From positions 248,001 through 312,000 of the forward strand of contig NW_027191459.1 in the NCBI RefSeq assembly GCF_011745625.1: a stretch of DNA of 64,000 nt, written 5' to 3'. The position numbers were made by a program, and so were the translations under genes. This document shows positions 36,684 to 50,195 of this stretch, in pieces (position 1 is the first letter of the stretch; each line of letters opens with the position of its first letter). This DNA comes from Cladosporium halotolerans. Lineage: Eukaryota. The notes under the pieces were generated by a model. It saw nothing but the letters and a program-made list of their open reading frames with translations, did no database searches and was not told where the DNA came from.

Positions 36684-38252
36684 TCCGCTCTCTGTGATCG
36701 ACCCGCGCCGACTACCGACCGCCATCCATTCTTAACCCCACCCCTCTTTTGATCCGCGCGAGGACTGACTGTACATCATCATGAATGCACGACGACAAGA
36801 GATTCACGAGCTTACGACTGGGTGAGCCTGACACCAAGGGTGTCGACAGACAGCGGCACTCACTTGTCATCGACCACGCTTGCATTGCATCTAGGCCAGC
36901 GTCATGAGCAAATGGCAGCCATCGTCGAACAAGAGCATCTGTCCGCCATCATCACCGAGCATCATGTGCTGACCTGTCCGTGTTGGGCTGGGTCAAGGAC
37001 AAGAACATTTTCGTTTCGCAGCTCGCCTTCTTCTTTTTCCTGTCTCTGTCTGTTTACCAAAGCGCTTTACTCCAAGTTACCGGAGGCTCTAATCCATCTG
37101 CCTGCTTTTGTTTTTTTGCTTTGCGCACAGCTTTGCATGCTTCTGCTTGTTTGCTTCTGGCCATGCATGAGCTCCCGCGAGGAAGGAAGACGACGAGGCC
37201 CGATGTGGTTCTTAATGGTAATTCGGGACGCTTGTTGTCTGTCTGCCTGCTTTTCTTCGGTCTCGCATCACGCTTGGCATGGCTACCGCAACGAAGCTGC
37301 ATGGTGTAGACAGAATGGTAGATACGCATCGATGAAGCTTTCCCCCTCACTGCCGCCATACCTTCATGCGTCATTCATTTCTGCTGTTGTTTTAGGTTGT
37401 CACCGGAATCAAATAGCCGCAAACGAGTCATTGTCGATCAGCATCGGCAAGGAGCGGCAACGAAAGCACTCACCATTCTTCACAAACCAAACGATATCTA
37501 CCATCGGACAATTGGTTCTTCCATCGGAGGATTCTCCATCATCCATGTACCTGGACTCACGGCACGGAGAGAAAAACCAAAAGAAGCACTCCAATAGCGG
37601 CAGGCCAAGGATGCGCGCTGCCCGCGATCTTCAGGCACACACGCGCGCACTTCAACGCCCACGAGGCAGGCCGGAGCCGGACTCCGTGGCGATCGCTTGA
37701 ACGCGTACGCGCTGGCTGCCAATTCCGAGGTTCTGGGAGAAACGGCAGATGAGAATTTGTGCTTTCCCTTTCCGACGTGTGAAGAAGAGGGGTGATGTCT
37801 CTGCGCGCCTGCGTTTCGGCTCGTCCTCCGTGGGTCTTTGAGGTGGGGTGTGATTGGGTTGGGTGCTGCCTGATGTACCCTTTTCACGGCGTATCATGCC
37901 GAGGGCAAGGTTCCGCCCAAGGCCTCCCTATTGCCATCGGCGGCATGTAGTCATGGGCCCGCAGGAGAATAGAGCCCCTCGATTCAAGGCCCACGGCCCG
38001 TACGAGAGTAGAGGCCACCGCAGGATGCGTGCCTCCCGTAATCTCGTCCCTCCGCGCACCGCGTTGCCGGGGACATGCGCAATGGCAGACTGCGACCGGG
38101 CGCGAAATTGAGTTTCTGTAGCCCGCGTGGGCGTCACCCTGCAGCTTTGACACCTTGGGCTGTGGAGGCCGTCTTGCTTCGGTGGCTGCGCCTCTGGAAG
38201 TCTGATCCACGCGTTGCGCGCAGCCTGCTATCACGATCGCCCACGAGAGCGA

Positions 38253-38278
38253 TGCGTCTGCGTCTGCGTCTGCGTCTG
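38253..38278. repeat. (TGCGTC)4 microsatellite upstream of TAO3
   Basis: tgcgtc x4 plus tg. Confidence 0.9.
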
Positions 38279-38662
38279 GCATGCGTGAACGCGTTCGCCC
38301 GTCGGCGCGGGCCTGCAAGGCTGAAGAAGAAGCAGAGGACGGAAGCACGACAGCCGGGCAGGGGTGGCAGCGATCGCCGTTAGCGAACCCTCCCGCACCT
38401 CTCCAACCCTGGCCAGACGTTTCCGCACTCCGCCGCCAAGCCCATGCAGGGCATCGTCGCCGTTCTCATGCTCACCCTACCGGCCTTACTGAGCCCTATC
38501 TTCACCCGCTAGTGCTGCCTCCATCCTCTCGACCTCAGTCGTCGTTGCTCCTACACCCCGCCCTGACCTCCATATCGCTTCCCGAACCGAACGACGACTC
38601 TGCGACGATGCGCTGCTACGGATCGCTAGATTGATCGCGTCTGGCTGCGACGCTGTGACAAG

Positions 38663-41600
38663 ATGGGTAGGTCTTTGCTTTTGGTCGGATCTCCGTGCTG
38701 CATGGGATGTTGTTTTTGAGTTGGAGGAGGAGAAACACGCCTGGGAATCAGACAGGAAACGCATAACATGCTGACAACAGCTCAGTCCTGCCAATTGCGC
38801 CGCGAGACCTGTCCTCAGACGGCCGCGGCCACGCGACCTCACCGTCTGTCCCTCCTCCAGATCTAAGCGGCACCAGCCCACCACCCGAACCTCTCCTCAT
38901 CGCCCCCAATACCGCGCCCTTTCCACCGCCTGCCTCCCGAGATCCATCCCTCACACGCGGCCGCGCCCTCAGCGCTGCCAGCACGCGCAATGCCTCGCCA
39001 CGCGGCAACACGCCTGTGGCTCAAGCTCGCCCAAAACAGAGCTTAGACGTTGAAAGGAAGCCTTCGGTATCGTACGGACACCACAGGAATACAAGCATTG
39101 TACACGGGGTCCAGCATTCGCGCAACACGAGCAACTTGAGCAACTCCACTAGCGTCAGCCCGCTTAGTCCACACAAGATCATCGCCTCAAATGGTGGACC
39201 CAGCGACATTCCCGCTGCAGCTACCACCGCTCCCACCATCCTCAAGAAAAGTCCTTCAATGTCGACATTACATTCCCACGTTGGCAACGGCGGAGCGACG
39301 TTGCCGCCAAACCGGAGTTTTGAAGGCGCCGCGCCGGCGCATAGGAGACCTGAGCGCATGCACAGCGGCAGAGTGAAGCGACCGAACGAACACCACCGAT
39401 CACAATCTCGGCAACAAGTCCAGCAGATTCAGCAACAGGAGCCGAAGACTGTAGGTGAGTATGCGTTGCACCACTTGTTTACTTCATTCATTGCGGAGGC
39501 GGACGAGAGGATTGAGCGGTGTATGGCACGCCCGGGCGAGTTGGAACCACGGATAGGAGACGTGTGCGGACCCGGTGCGGACCCCAGTTTTGATCAACTA
39601 ATCTCGTCGCTTGGGCACATCAACAGGCACAAGCCCAAGTTCGTGATCGACTCGGTGATTTTATGGCATAAGAGGAAGAGCGACCTGGCGAAGCAGATTC
39701 GGATGGAACTGGAGGCGTTACGGAACTCTACAATTGCTACGCAAAGACACATCAACCAGAGCGGGAATGGAATCAATGCGACCTCTTCTCCTGGCGGGCA
39801 GGATATCATGGTGATGGAATACGATATGGTCGCGGCGGAGAGGCGGTCGGGCATATCGGTCTACATCTTGTGTCGGGCTTTGATTGAAATCATTGGGCAA
39901 ACGACTCTCAAAGCCATCAGCTCGGACCATAGCGGTAATACCGCAGAGAAGCTGGAAAGTGTGATCTACGACCATCTGGTGGGACAGGAACCGGACCAAC
40001 TGCAAAAGAGCGCTCTGAAACACGCTAACTGGGTGATAAGAGGACAGCTGCTTGGTGTGATGAGTGGTCTCCGGTTCGAGGATGTGTCTGGGCGCTTCTT
40101 ACAGGATCTTGGATTCGCGCAGAAGACGCTGTCGATGAAGGGCATGGTCGAGCCGAGGCTGGCTGCGAAGACTGCACTGCTGGTCCAGAGCATGCAGTGG
40201 CTGAAGTTCAGGATCGCGCCCGAAGAGGCTTGGAGCCATGGTTGCGACACGCTACAGCTGCTGGCCAAGTTCTTCGCCGAAGTCCACGGCCGCCAGATGA
40301 AGTATGCGTACGCGCAGCTTTTCGAGCGGCTCTTGCTGCCGATCGCGGCGGAAGGCACGTCTTCGAACTTCAATGCGCCCAAGTGGAAGAGTGTCTTGGC
40401 TTCGGTACGGCCTAAGGTCTCTCAAATGCTCTCCAAAGCGGATCACTGGCCTAACATCTACCCACTTCATGCGGTCTTACTCTGCGTATCGCCCTCAGAT
40501 GTCTTCGCGACTCATTGGATGTCTGTTGCTACGTCGTTTCCGCCGAACCGTAGAGACAGAGCTGCTCGATCACATTACCTGAAAGCTGTCTGCCGACTTG
40601 TATGGAGGTACCTTTATCGGATGTCCGACTCTCCCCATGCGGTCGCCCGAAAGCTCGACGAGATCGTTAAACTGGTGTTCCAGGGCGGCAAACGAGTTCT
40701 TATCTCGACCGACCCTGTGATCGCAGACCCGCTGATCCAGCTCATCCGAATCATTGGTTACAAATACCAGGACATATGCTTCAGGACTATCATTTTCCCT
40801 TTGATGAACTCCGAGTTGTTCACTACGCCTGACAGCCAGCTCAAGATCGAGAGTCTTGATCCGGAGAAGACTGTCATCGCCATTCGGGCTTTCCTGGCAA
40901 TCATGTCCGACCTGGAAAAGAACGAGCCCCCTCCATTTCCCATTGCTTTCGAGTGCGATGCACTGCTGGACCCTACGTCGCGCGCACCCATCACTCACCG
41001 ACGAACACGATCACAAGGCTTCGCCGTGTCCGCTGGCCGGACCGAAAGGCTGTCAAGACCTGTAATGACTAATAACCTCAACGATGTGACGAAGGATTAC
41101 TACAACCGGTTCTGCAAGATCCTGGGCCAATTGACGATCATTTGCGACAACACTTTCGGCGGCCAGGCGGTGCTGGACGAGAAGTTCGCATCGCACACAC
41201 CTAAGACACCCATGGCCGAAGCGTTTAATTTCAACCGACGTGACGAGCTCATGAACCCGACCGATGTGAGGCAGCACTATTACGATTTGTTGCACGTGGC
41301 TGTTGAGGCTTTGCCTAGGTGTCTGTCGCCTCACCTGCCCATCAACTCACTGGTAAACCTCCTCTGCACAGGCACTGCCCACGTGCAAGCACACATCGCG
41401 ACTTCGTCCGCCCAAGCGCTCAAGTCCATCGCCCGCCAGTCGCACGCACAGCAAGTTACTATCGGCTTTGCGCGATTCATCTTCAATTTTGATGACCGCT
41501 ACGCGACGGTGTCTGATGGTGGGCTTCTCGGCCCAGGTCACATTGAGAATACTCTCGAGCTCTACGTCGAGCTGCTGCAGATTTGGATCGACGAGATCCA

Positions 41601-44600
41601 GCAGAGGACTCGCAAGGCTGCTGCGGAGCCAACGGAGGACGACGATCAGACTATCCGACCTTTGCCCTTGGACTTGTCCGGTGTGTTAGCCCACGTCGAT
41701 GAAGTGGAGTCTCACGGCCTGTTTTTCTTGTGTTCGCCCTCGAGAGCTGTGAGAGCAATCGCGGTCAATGTTCTGCGCCTCATCACTAAGTTCGACACCG
41801 CTCTTGGCAAGCCGTCCACTCGAATCATCAGCATTCTGGACGGCAGCTCACAGCAGGTCATCGACGTCAACGACGAGCGGCTGTCATTGGCAGAACGCTC
41901 TCGCCTGCAGAAGGGTCTCCGCAAGAGCAATGCCAACAGTACTCTCGTGGAGCTTTGCAGCAGCGACATCGCTCATGACTCCAACCTCTGGTTTAAGGTC
42001 TTCCCGAATCTTGTCCGACTCAGCTCAGAGATATGTCTGCACGCAGTAGCGCTGACGCGCGAGATCGTGTGCATGCGCCTTTCGCACAGCCACCAAACCA
42101 TTGCGTCTATCGCTGAAGGCAATGTGCCGAAGCCAACGCAGTTCGAGTCTTCCTTCATGACAAGCAGGCTGAACCAAGCGCCGAGAGTGAACAACTCGTC
42201 TCCTGATATTATCATCGAGCAGTGGAAGCTTCACCTCATCTTCGCTTGCACCACCCTCACGAATGCAGGCAGCACCACGTACCTGGCTGCTCCGCAGTCA
42301 AGCCAAGTGTCCTTGCACACCAGAAAGAGCTCGAAGTCTTCCACTAGTAGTGGGAGCCAAGAGAAGATCTACACTGCCTCGGAGCTCTTTCAAAAAGTCC
42401 AGAAGATGCTTTCGGTTCCCAACGCGGCTGTCAGAGATGCGGCGGTCGTTGGGTTGGGTGCGACAAATGCTACTCTCTTCAATACCTTGCTCCAGTCGCT
42501 GCAAGATCTGGTGAGAGAATGCGGCCAAGACGCCAAAGAGCGAATTGCTTCTCACCAGCGGAGTCTCAGTAGCCCGCGAAGGAGTCGCCGGACCGATTGT
42601 CTCCGCCTCGAGATTACGCACCTGCTCAGTCTGACGTGCCATCTGCTGAAGCACCCTGCGATCAACGGTGATGAGTACGTGCTCGAGTACATGACCGACT
42701 ATTCGAAGCACCTGCGCCTCTTCCTTAGTGATTCGGAAATCCAAGGCCAGCTCGAGTATCAGAAGCTGAGGACCTACTATTGCACGCTCACGGAAGAGTT
42801 GTACGACTGCACCAAGGCTTTCAAGGATGCCTCCAGGTGGATGTCTTTCCAAGCACGTCAAGCGACCTTCGCGCTCATGGAGAACTGGTGCGGATTCTCG
42901 CCGAACGAAAGTCACTTGAGAGCTCAGGAGAATCATGTCGCGAGGTCTATACTGGACCGCGAGCACGATCTGCGGAGCAGGGGTATCATCAACTCTGCGA
43001 TTGAAAAGGAACGTAACGAGCTGCAGACGGCTGCGCTTAGTGCCATGGCGGCTCTTTGCGCCGGGCCTTTGAATTTCGTTGCGGATCACAAGGTGCTCAT
43101 GTCTTTCGACATCAAGCGGTTGCTGCAGTGGCTGAACGCTATCTTCGACACACCCAGTGACCGCACGCATGCGATTGGCAGAAAAGCGCTTCAGAACTTG
43201 ATTGTGAACAACCAAGAGCACGCTTACCTCATGGCTCAGACCCTGCGCATGTGCTACATCGCTCGACGTCCCAAGGCCCTCACCAGCTACTTTGAGGTCG
43301 TCACAAAAGTGCTCACCGAGCACGCGCATGTGCACATGCCGTTCTGGAAGGTGCTTTGCGCCGGTCTGTATACGCTGGGCAACGAGGACAGCCAGATCCG
43401 CATGAAGTCTGCTCGCCTGCTGCGCACGCTCGAGGAGCGGCTGGGCAAGACTTCCAAGCTGCAGGACCTCGACATCAGCGTCTCGGACAAGACGACTGCG
43501 GTCTACAAGCTGGCTCAGTTCGAGGTTTCGTGCCGTTTGGCGAAGCAGCATCCTGAGCTGGCTTTCCACGTGTTCTCTGAGTTCTCGGCGTACTTCAACG
43601 AACTGCAGCCGGACCATCAGCGCAATATGGTTTCGGGCATGTTGCCTTGGATCCAGACGATTGAGCTTCAGCTCGATCCCAGTGGTGGTCCGACTGCGAC
43701 TTCGTACATGTTGCTTGTCAACCTGTTTGAGATCACCGTTAAGAGTCGCATCACGCTACACAACGAGATCCAAGCGCTGTGGCAGGCGCTCGCGACTGGG
43801 CCGTATGCCGGCAACGTTCAGCTTGTGCTCGACTTCATCATCGACGTCTGTCTCGACCGCAAGGAGCAGAACTTCGTCATCTACGCCAAGCAGATCGTGG
43901 TCTTCTTGTCTGGCACCGCGGCTGGTGCGAAGGTCGTCGAGTACCTGCTTCTGCAGATCTGTCCCAAGAGCATGGTGGCGGAGCGCAGGGACCCGATCGT
44001 TGCCCCTGTCGACACCACGGCGCTCCCGTACATCGCCGACCTGGCTGTCGTGCTACCCAGTGGCGCGAAGCAAAGCGGCCTGTCGCTTGGACAGTTGAGC
44101 ATGATCCTGCTCGTCGACTTGATAGTGTCGCCCGACAAGCTGCCGAAGGACAAGCTCGCTACCCTCTTGCAAGTCATCCTCGTGCAATGGGACCAGTACA
44201 TTGCCATCGTGCAAGAGCAGGCGCGCGAGTTGCTCGTGCATCTTATCCACGAGCTCGTCATCTCCCAGATCGAGCCGGGCAGCACCGACCCCGACAAGGA
44301 GTCTATCGAGGAATTTATCGAGGCCATTCGCCAGCATGATCCGAAGATCGCGTGGGCGTACAGCGACAGCGAAGTCAAGGCCGGCGAGGAGGACAGTCGC
44401 GCTGTTTCTCAGCCGATGGGTTTCGTCGTCGACGAGGCTGTCAAGATCTTCTCCATCACGCATCCGACCATTCGCGAGGAATGGGGCAAAGTCACGATGG
44501 CCTGGGCTACTTCTTGCGCGGTTAGGCACGTTGCTTGCAGGTCGTTCCAGGTTTTTAGGTGCATTTCGACGACTTTGGATCAGCAGATGCTCGCTGATAT

Positions 44601-46539
44601 GCTCGCGCGGTTATCTAACACGATTGCTGACGACGAGAATCACGACTATCTGATCTTTTCTCTAGAGATCCTGACTACGCTGCGCAGCATCATTGATGCT
44701 TTGGACCCGCTTGACTTGCTGCACTACCCCCAGCTCTTCTGGACCACATGTGCTTGTCTTGACACAATTTTCGAGCGCGAGTTCCAGGAAGGCTTGAGCA
44801 TGTTGAACCATCTGTTGACGAAGATGGATCTCAGCGACCCTGCCGTTCTCAAGATCCTGAAAGACAATCAGCCGCAGAAGTGGGAAGGCAGCTTCGAAGG
44901 CTTACACGCGCTGATGTACAAGGGTGTGAGGTCGAGCAATTCTATGAGCCGGACTTTGGCTGTCATGGAGCGGCTGATCAAGCTCCCGTCGAGCGAGTTG
45001 GTGGGCAGCGAGGAGCGTTTGCTGTTCACTATTCTCGCCAATCTGCCTCGCTTCCTGCATTCGTTCGAGCATCCTGGAGAAGATCCTACCCAGCTGGACG
45101 CGGCTGATACGCTCGCTTCGGCGGCGGAGGCGCAAAATCACATCGGTTTGGCCAAGGCGTTGCAGACGTTCGTCAGACACCAGTACCGGACCGAAGCAGA
45201 TTTCCTCTCACACATGGTTTCGGCCATCCGCACCGCTTTCTTCCCGGTCTGGGAGTTCCAGAGCTTGGTCTTCATGCTAGCCATGGTTAACAACCAATGC
45301 GCGTGGTTCAAGGTCAAGACAATGCAGGTGCTGTGCGTCATCATTCCGGACGTCGACATGCGTAAGCCTGAGATCGCGTCTCAAGGCCCCGATCTCATCT
45401 CGCCCCTCTTACGCTTGCTCCAAACTGAGCACTGCCAGCAGGCTCTGGATGTGCTGGACAACGTAATCGATATGGCGGGCACGCCGATGGATAACAAGCA
45501 TCTGCGGATGAGCATGGCGGGCTCTCACTCGACTCGTGCCACTAGGAAGGAGTACGATCGCACTAAGAGCTTGTACGGCATTCCAGAGGAGTCGGGTTGG
45601 TCGATTCCTATGCCTGCTATTCACTCGGCTCAGACACGGCACAATGTGCACGCTGTTTTCTATACACTGGCGTACGCTGGGCACGGAGATGGCGTTCAAG
45701 AGGCTGCTGGGACGCCCGAGATCGAGTTCCACAAGGACGAGTTCCAGTACGATTCCTTCACGTCTGATCGGTCATACTTCGATCGGGTGCCATCGGAGAG
45801 GACGGCTACGATGATGACAGACGACACGCGCATGAACAGCAACATGGGCGAGCTCGCCATGAAGCTCGACAGCCTCGACGACTTCTTCGACGACGATGAC
45901 GACAAATCCGTCAGCGACGCGCTGGCCGACTCCAACGGCCGCCGCCGCTACCCCAGTGCGCTCATCGAAGAGCGCGAAAACGTCTACGACCAGGAGGCCC
46001 TGCCCATTCTGCACCACTCGCTCCAGCGCAACGTCAGCGTCAACTCCTTCCAGAAGTCCTTCGCCGAGCCGCGCTACCAGGCCACCAGCCCCGTCGTCAT
46101 GACCCCCGGCGCTTTCGCCCAGCACCTCGCCCAGCCCCGCGTCCACAACCGCTCCATCACCTCCCCCGCCATCCCACTCAATAACCAGGGCCCGCAGCGC
46201 CTGGAGCCCGATTTCCGCTCTGGCGACGAGGCTGGCGACGAGCCCTTCTCCGACGACGACCTGCCCATCAGCCGCGCGCAGACGACGGAGGACCTGCGCA
46301 GCGCGGGCATCGCGCAGCACTCGGCTAAAGCGAGCGAACCTGGTGGTGGAGGAGGAGGCGGCGGGATCAAGGCCGGCTGGCGCAATGGGCTCCGCAGGCT
46401 GACGAGCAGTTCCGGCAACAAGGAGGCTCGCGACGCCATTCGCTCGCAGCTGGCGGGCGGCAACAACCCACTGGCGAAGAGTCCCAAGGTGCCCAAGGTG
46501 CCGGCTGCTTGGTTGAGTCCGTCGAGCGCGGAGCCCTGA
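38663..46539 (+). CDS. TAO3: Cell morphogenesis protein Tao3/Pag1/Mor2 (Furry family, RAM/MOR pathway); exons 38663-38666, 38786-46539
   Basis: More than 2500-aa helical-repeat ORF (WATSCAVRHVACRSFQVFR, DMLARLSNT, LFWTTCACL); ATG G|GTAGGT..GCTGAC..CTCAG gives the in-frame start MVLPIAPR. Confidence 0.92.
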
Positions 46540-47034
46540 GACGAACAGGTCTTATTATTGTACTCACCATAAGTTGTGGAAGATGTGGAGGTGGCGTATT
46601 GTACTTCTACGAATCTCGGAAAACACGGAAAAAACGGAAAAAATCAATGTGGCATCCTGCATTGGGTGGCGCAGAATCACAGAACAGTGGAGTGTATACT
46701 TGGCGTTTTTTGGGGGAATGGGAAAACTACCGGTTTTTGTTGCCTGAGCGAGGCTGAGCGGCGTGTGTAACTATATCCTCATCGATACCCAAGGAGAAGA
46801 TGTCCTGTTTTCAAACTGTGCTACTGATCACGCCATCTTGCCTCGATTGAGCTCCGTTCTGAGACATGTGTTCTGGCATTCCTTGAACTTCCCTTGCTTG
46901 TGAAGGCGCGTGAGGAGCGGATCCGTGACGATTCGTGTGCTTTTTGTGAATGACGATGTGCGCCTGTTTTGCTCTGTGGGGGAACTTGTTTATCTTCGTT
47001 GATCTCCTGTATTTGATAGATTGTTTGTCTCAAA

Positions 47035-48387
47035 ATGGCAAATCTGTATTCTACCAAGGCCCTCGGCAGAGCGTGGCCACCTTCTACTCCCACAGCATCG
47101 CCGCGAACATCCTCGCGAGGCCGTTTCATTCCATGGGATCTGAATCCGCCTCGTCAACGTCCGGCTGCTGTAGAAGAATCATGGTTCCAGGATCTTCGCC
47201 TCTTGCGCGGCCGGCTTACCGAACGTCTGGTGTTGGTCCTCGTCTTGGTATTCTGCGCTGCTTTCCTGATACGCAACCATGAACACCTCATTTCACCAGG
47301 CACTCGTGCGTGGGTCGGAACCCTGCACCTCTCCCGCCTCGGCGGCTCTCTGCTCCCGCCCTGGAGTCGCGTCCATTGGAGTGACTACGCTTACGTTTCG
47401 TACGCCACAACTCCCGACTACCTCTGCAACTCCGTCATGCTAGCCGAGTCTCTGCACCGCCTGGGCGCAAAACCAGACACCCTCATCCTCTACTCCTCCG
47501 ACCTCACAACCTCCTCCTCGCCCCATCCCGCCTCCGCTCGCCTCATCTACCAAGCCACCGCCCTCTACGGCGCGCGCACCGAGCCCGTCAGCGTCCTCAG
47601 CGCCTCCTCCTCCTCATCCTCCTCCTCCACCGCCGACACAACCTGGTCGGCAAGCTTCACGAAACTCCTCGCCTTCAACCAAACCCGCTACAAGCGCGTG
47701 CTCAGCCTCGACTCCGACGCAACCCTCCTGCAGCCCCTCGACGAGCTCTTCCTGCTCCCGCCCACGGCCCCCGTCGCCCTGCCCCGCGCCTACTGGCTCA
47801 ACAACACCCTCTGCACCTCCGTGCTGCTCGCCTCGCCGTCGGAAGCCGACTTCGCGCGCGTCCGCGCCCGCGTCGAGAAAGCCGCGCCGCAGGAGGTCGA
47901 CACAGACGTCATCAACGCGCTGTACGGCGACGGCTGCCTCGTCGTGCCGCACAGGCCGTATCTGCTGCTTTCGGGCGAGATGCGGGCGGCGGGCCACGAG
48001 GCGTACTTGGGCGGCGGCGGCGGGGAGTGGGATGCGGTGAAGGTGCTGGCGGAGGCGAAGTACGTGCATTTCTCAGACTGGCCGATGCCGAAGCCTTGGA
48101 TGGCGAGCAGTGAGGGGTTGAGGAGGGAGTTGATGCCGGGGTGTAAAGGGCTTGGAGAGGGAGGGTGTGGGGATAGGGATGTTTGGGTTGGGTTGTATGC
48201 GGAGTTTAGGGAGAGGAGGAAGGTGAGTTTGTTTTTCTCGGGGGTTCAGATTTTTGGGGTATGATGAGCTGACGCTGTGCAGAGGGTTTGCGGGCCGGAG
48301 TTCATCATGTATGAAGAAGAGGAGAAGCAGCTCGACAACCTGCCGCCTTTGGCCCAAGCGATGTCCGGTGGACAACCGATAGAATGA
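47035..48387 (+). CDS. Glycosyltransferase family 8 (Gnt1-like N-acetylglucosaminyltransferase); exons 47035-48222, 48283-48387
   Basis: Type II TM anchor; YAYVSYATTPDYLCNSVM, SFTKLLAFNQT, LDSD (DxD), PRAYW, VHFSDWPMPKPW. Confidence 0.88.
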
Positions 48388-48476
48388 TATGAGCGTGGTT
48401 AGCAAGCTCGAGAACGCCAGGATTGAGGTGTGCATGCATTCGGGGTATATCTATAACGGATAGCTGGCGAATGTGG

Positions 48477-50004
48477 TTACTTCTTCCCGAAGAAGGACAT
48501 GATGCTGCCTTGTCCAGGCTTCGCACCGCCCTTTTTCGGCGCTCCTTTAGCGGCAGGCGCAGGAGTCGGTTTGGCCTTCTTGGGCGCAGGTTCGTCTTCC
48601 GAGAAAGACTCCCAAGCTGGTTCTTCTCTCGTCACTGCGGCGTGTTAGCAAAGTGTTGATTGCCAAGGCAGAAGCAAAGCAATGGGCTTACCGAGATAGC
48701 CTTCCTCATCCTTGACCGTTTTCTTCTTCATCACTCTGCGCCTGCCACGGCGCCTTCCATTTTCCACGGTCATCGACTCCTTAGGCTCTTCCTCTTTCTG
48801 TTCTTCTTCCACGCTCTCTTCTTTGGGCGGCTCCATAGGCTCGTCAGAGGCCCCCTCTGCAGTGTCCTCCATTGGCTCGTCCTCAACATCCATCATGGCT
48901 TCTAATTCCGCTTGCCGGTCCTTCTTCGATTTCCCGGTACCGGCACCAGCCTCGACTTCCACGTCGTCCGCCACATCCTCGGGGTCGTCATCAGACATGC
49001 CGCCCATAGGCTCGTCCTCCGCAGGGGCAGGAGCTGGAGACGGCGCCGCTGAGCTCTCGGTAGACGCCGTCTTCTTAGGCTTGTTGGCTCCCTTAGCAAA
49101 CGACTTGAAAATGTCCGAATTCTCGCGTTTGGTCGTAGGCTTAGTCGCAGTCTTCTTCTTGGTCGCGTCTGTGTCTTTCTCCGGCACGGGTGTCGCTCTT
49201 GAGGAATTAGGGTCGGACTCGTTCGAGGCCTTTGTCGCTTGCTTCTCGAGAGCCGGTGCTTTGGCAGGTGCCGGTGCAGGCTTCGGTTTTGCAGCAGTCT
49301 CCTTTGCAGTAGAAGCTGCAGGCGCAGGAGGCGGCCGCTTTTGTGTCCTCCTCCTGACATTCGGGTTCTGTATCGTGCCGTACTGCTTCCAGGCTTCCAG
49401 TGGGTCCTCCGAAGCATATGTCGCTGCGATCTTGCGATTGCATTCGGTCAGAGTCTGGACATCGCTCAGACCGCCAGCAGCAAGGCTGTAGGCGTGTATG
49501 CCGGTGATGTGATCGAAGGTCGCTTTGGCCTGATCGAGGTGTTCTTCTTTCACCAACAGGATGGATCGGACGGGTGTGGGTTTTGTCTCCTCCTCTTGCT
49601 GCTGGGGAGCAGAGCTACTCGGGAGAGGCGGACTGCTTTGCATGACTGCATCTTCGCTGTCTTGTGACTGAACGCCATTTTGCTCCTGAGGTTTTTGTTC
49701 GGTACGAGTGCCGGTTATAAGGTAGGTTGCGTGGACACTGCCTGGTTTCTTCGCATTTTGTTTGCGGTGGAATTCGAAGAGCATTCTTGACGATCGTCAG
49801 CTGAGATTGTAGCCACATGGTGTTTACAAAGGAACACACTGCTTCGCAAGATTGACATGGACCTTGAGAGCTCTGCTCAGCGAGCGATAGCTCACCTAAA
49901 CACTGTTAGCTTGCACCCCTCTTGCTTGGATGGCTGTCATGGCTTACCAGTTGTTGCTCGTTGAGCACATTGGCGGCCAGGTACTCCGTGTAATCCGTCG
50001 ACAT
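48477..50004 (-). CDS. POL32: DNA polymerase delta subunit 3 (Pol32/Cdc27); exons 50004-49948, 49895-49840, 49785-48692, 48634-48477
   Basis: VSYRSLSRALKVHVNLAKQMLFEF winged helix; KKKTVKDEEGYLVT; C-terminal PIP box QGSIMSFF. Confidence 0.92.
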
Positions 50005-50063
50005 ATTGCTTCGCAGAATTACCGTCGTTGGCTTGTCGAGCAAGCTGCGGGAGGTCTACAAGA

Positions 50064-50092
50064 ACGCGTAAAGTGCTGAAAGTCGCGTCGCG
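50064..50092. promoter_or_regulatory. MCB-like elements in the POL32/TBCD bidirectional promoter
   Basis: ACGCGT at 50064-50069 and GTCGCGTCGCG at 50082-50092. Confidence 0.5.
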
Positions 50093-50195
50093 GGACATGG
50101 CTCGAGCGGCGGATCGGCTTTCGCAAACGCCGCGGCTCGAGGGGTGATGGCGGGAATTTGACCATGTCTAAAGACGAGACACCATCGCACGAAGA

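Noticed and set aside
36684..37450. Mmi1/DSR (TNAAAC) motif cluster in the Spo5-like 3' UTR; 292-aa ORF 36822-37700
   Set aside because: No motif enrichment seen; the ORF has a GTG start and UTR-like T-rich composition
39016..39260. Apparent non-AUG (GTG) initiation of TAO3
   Set aside because: An upstream ATG exon spliced to 38786 supplies an in-frame AUG start
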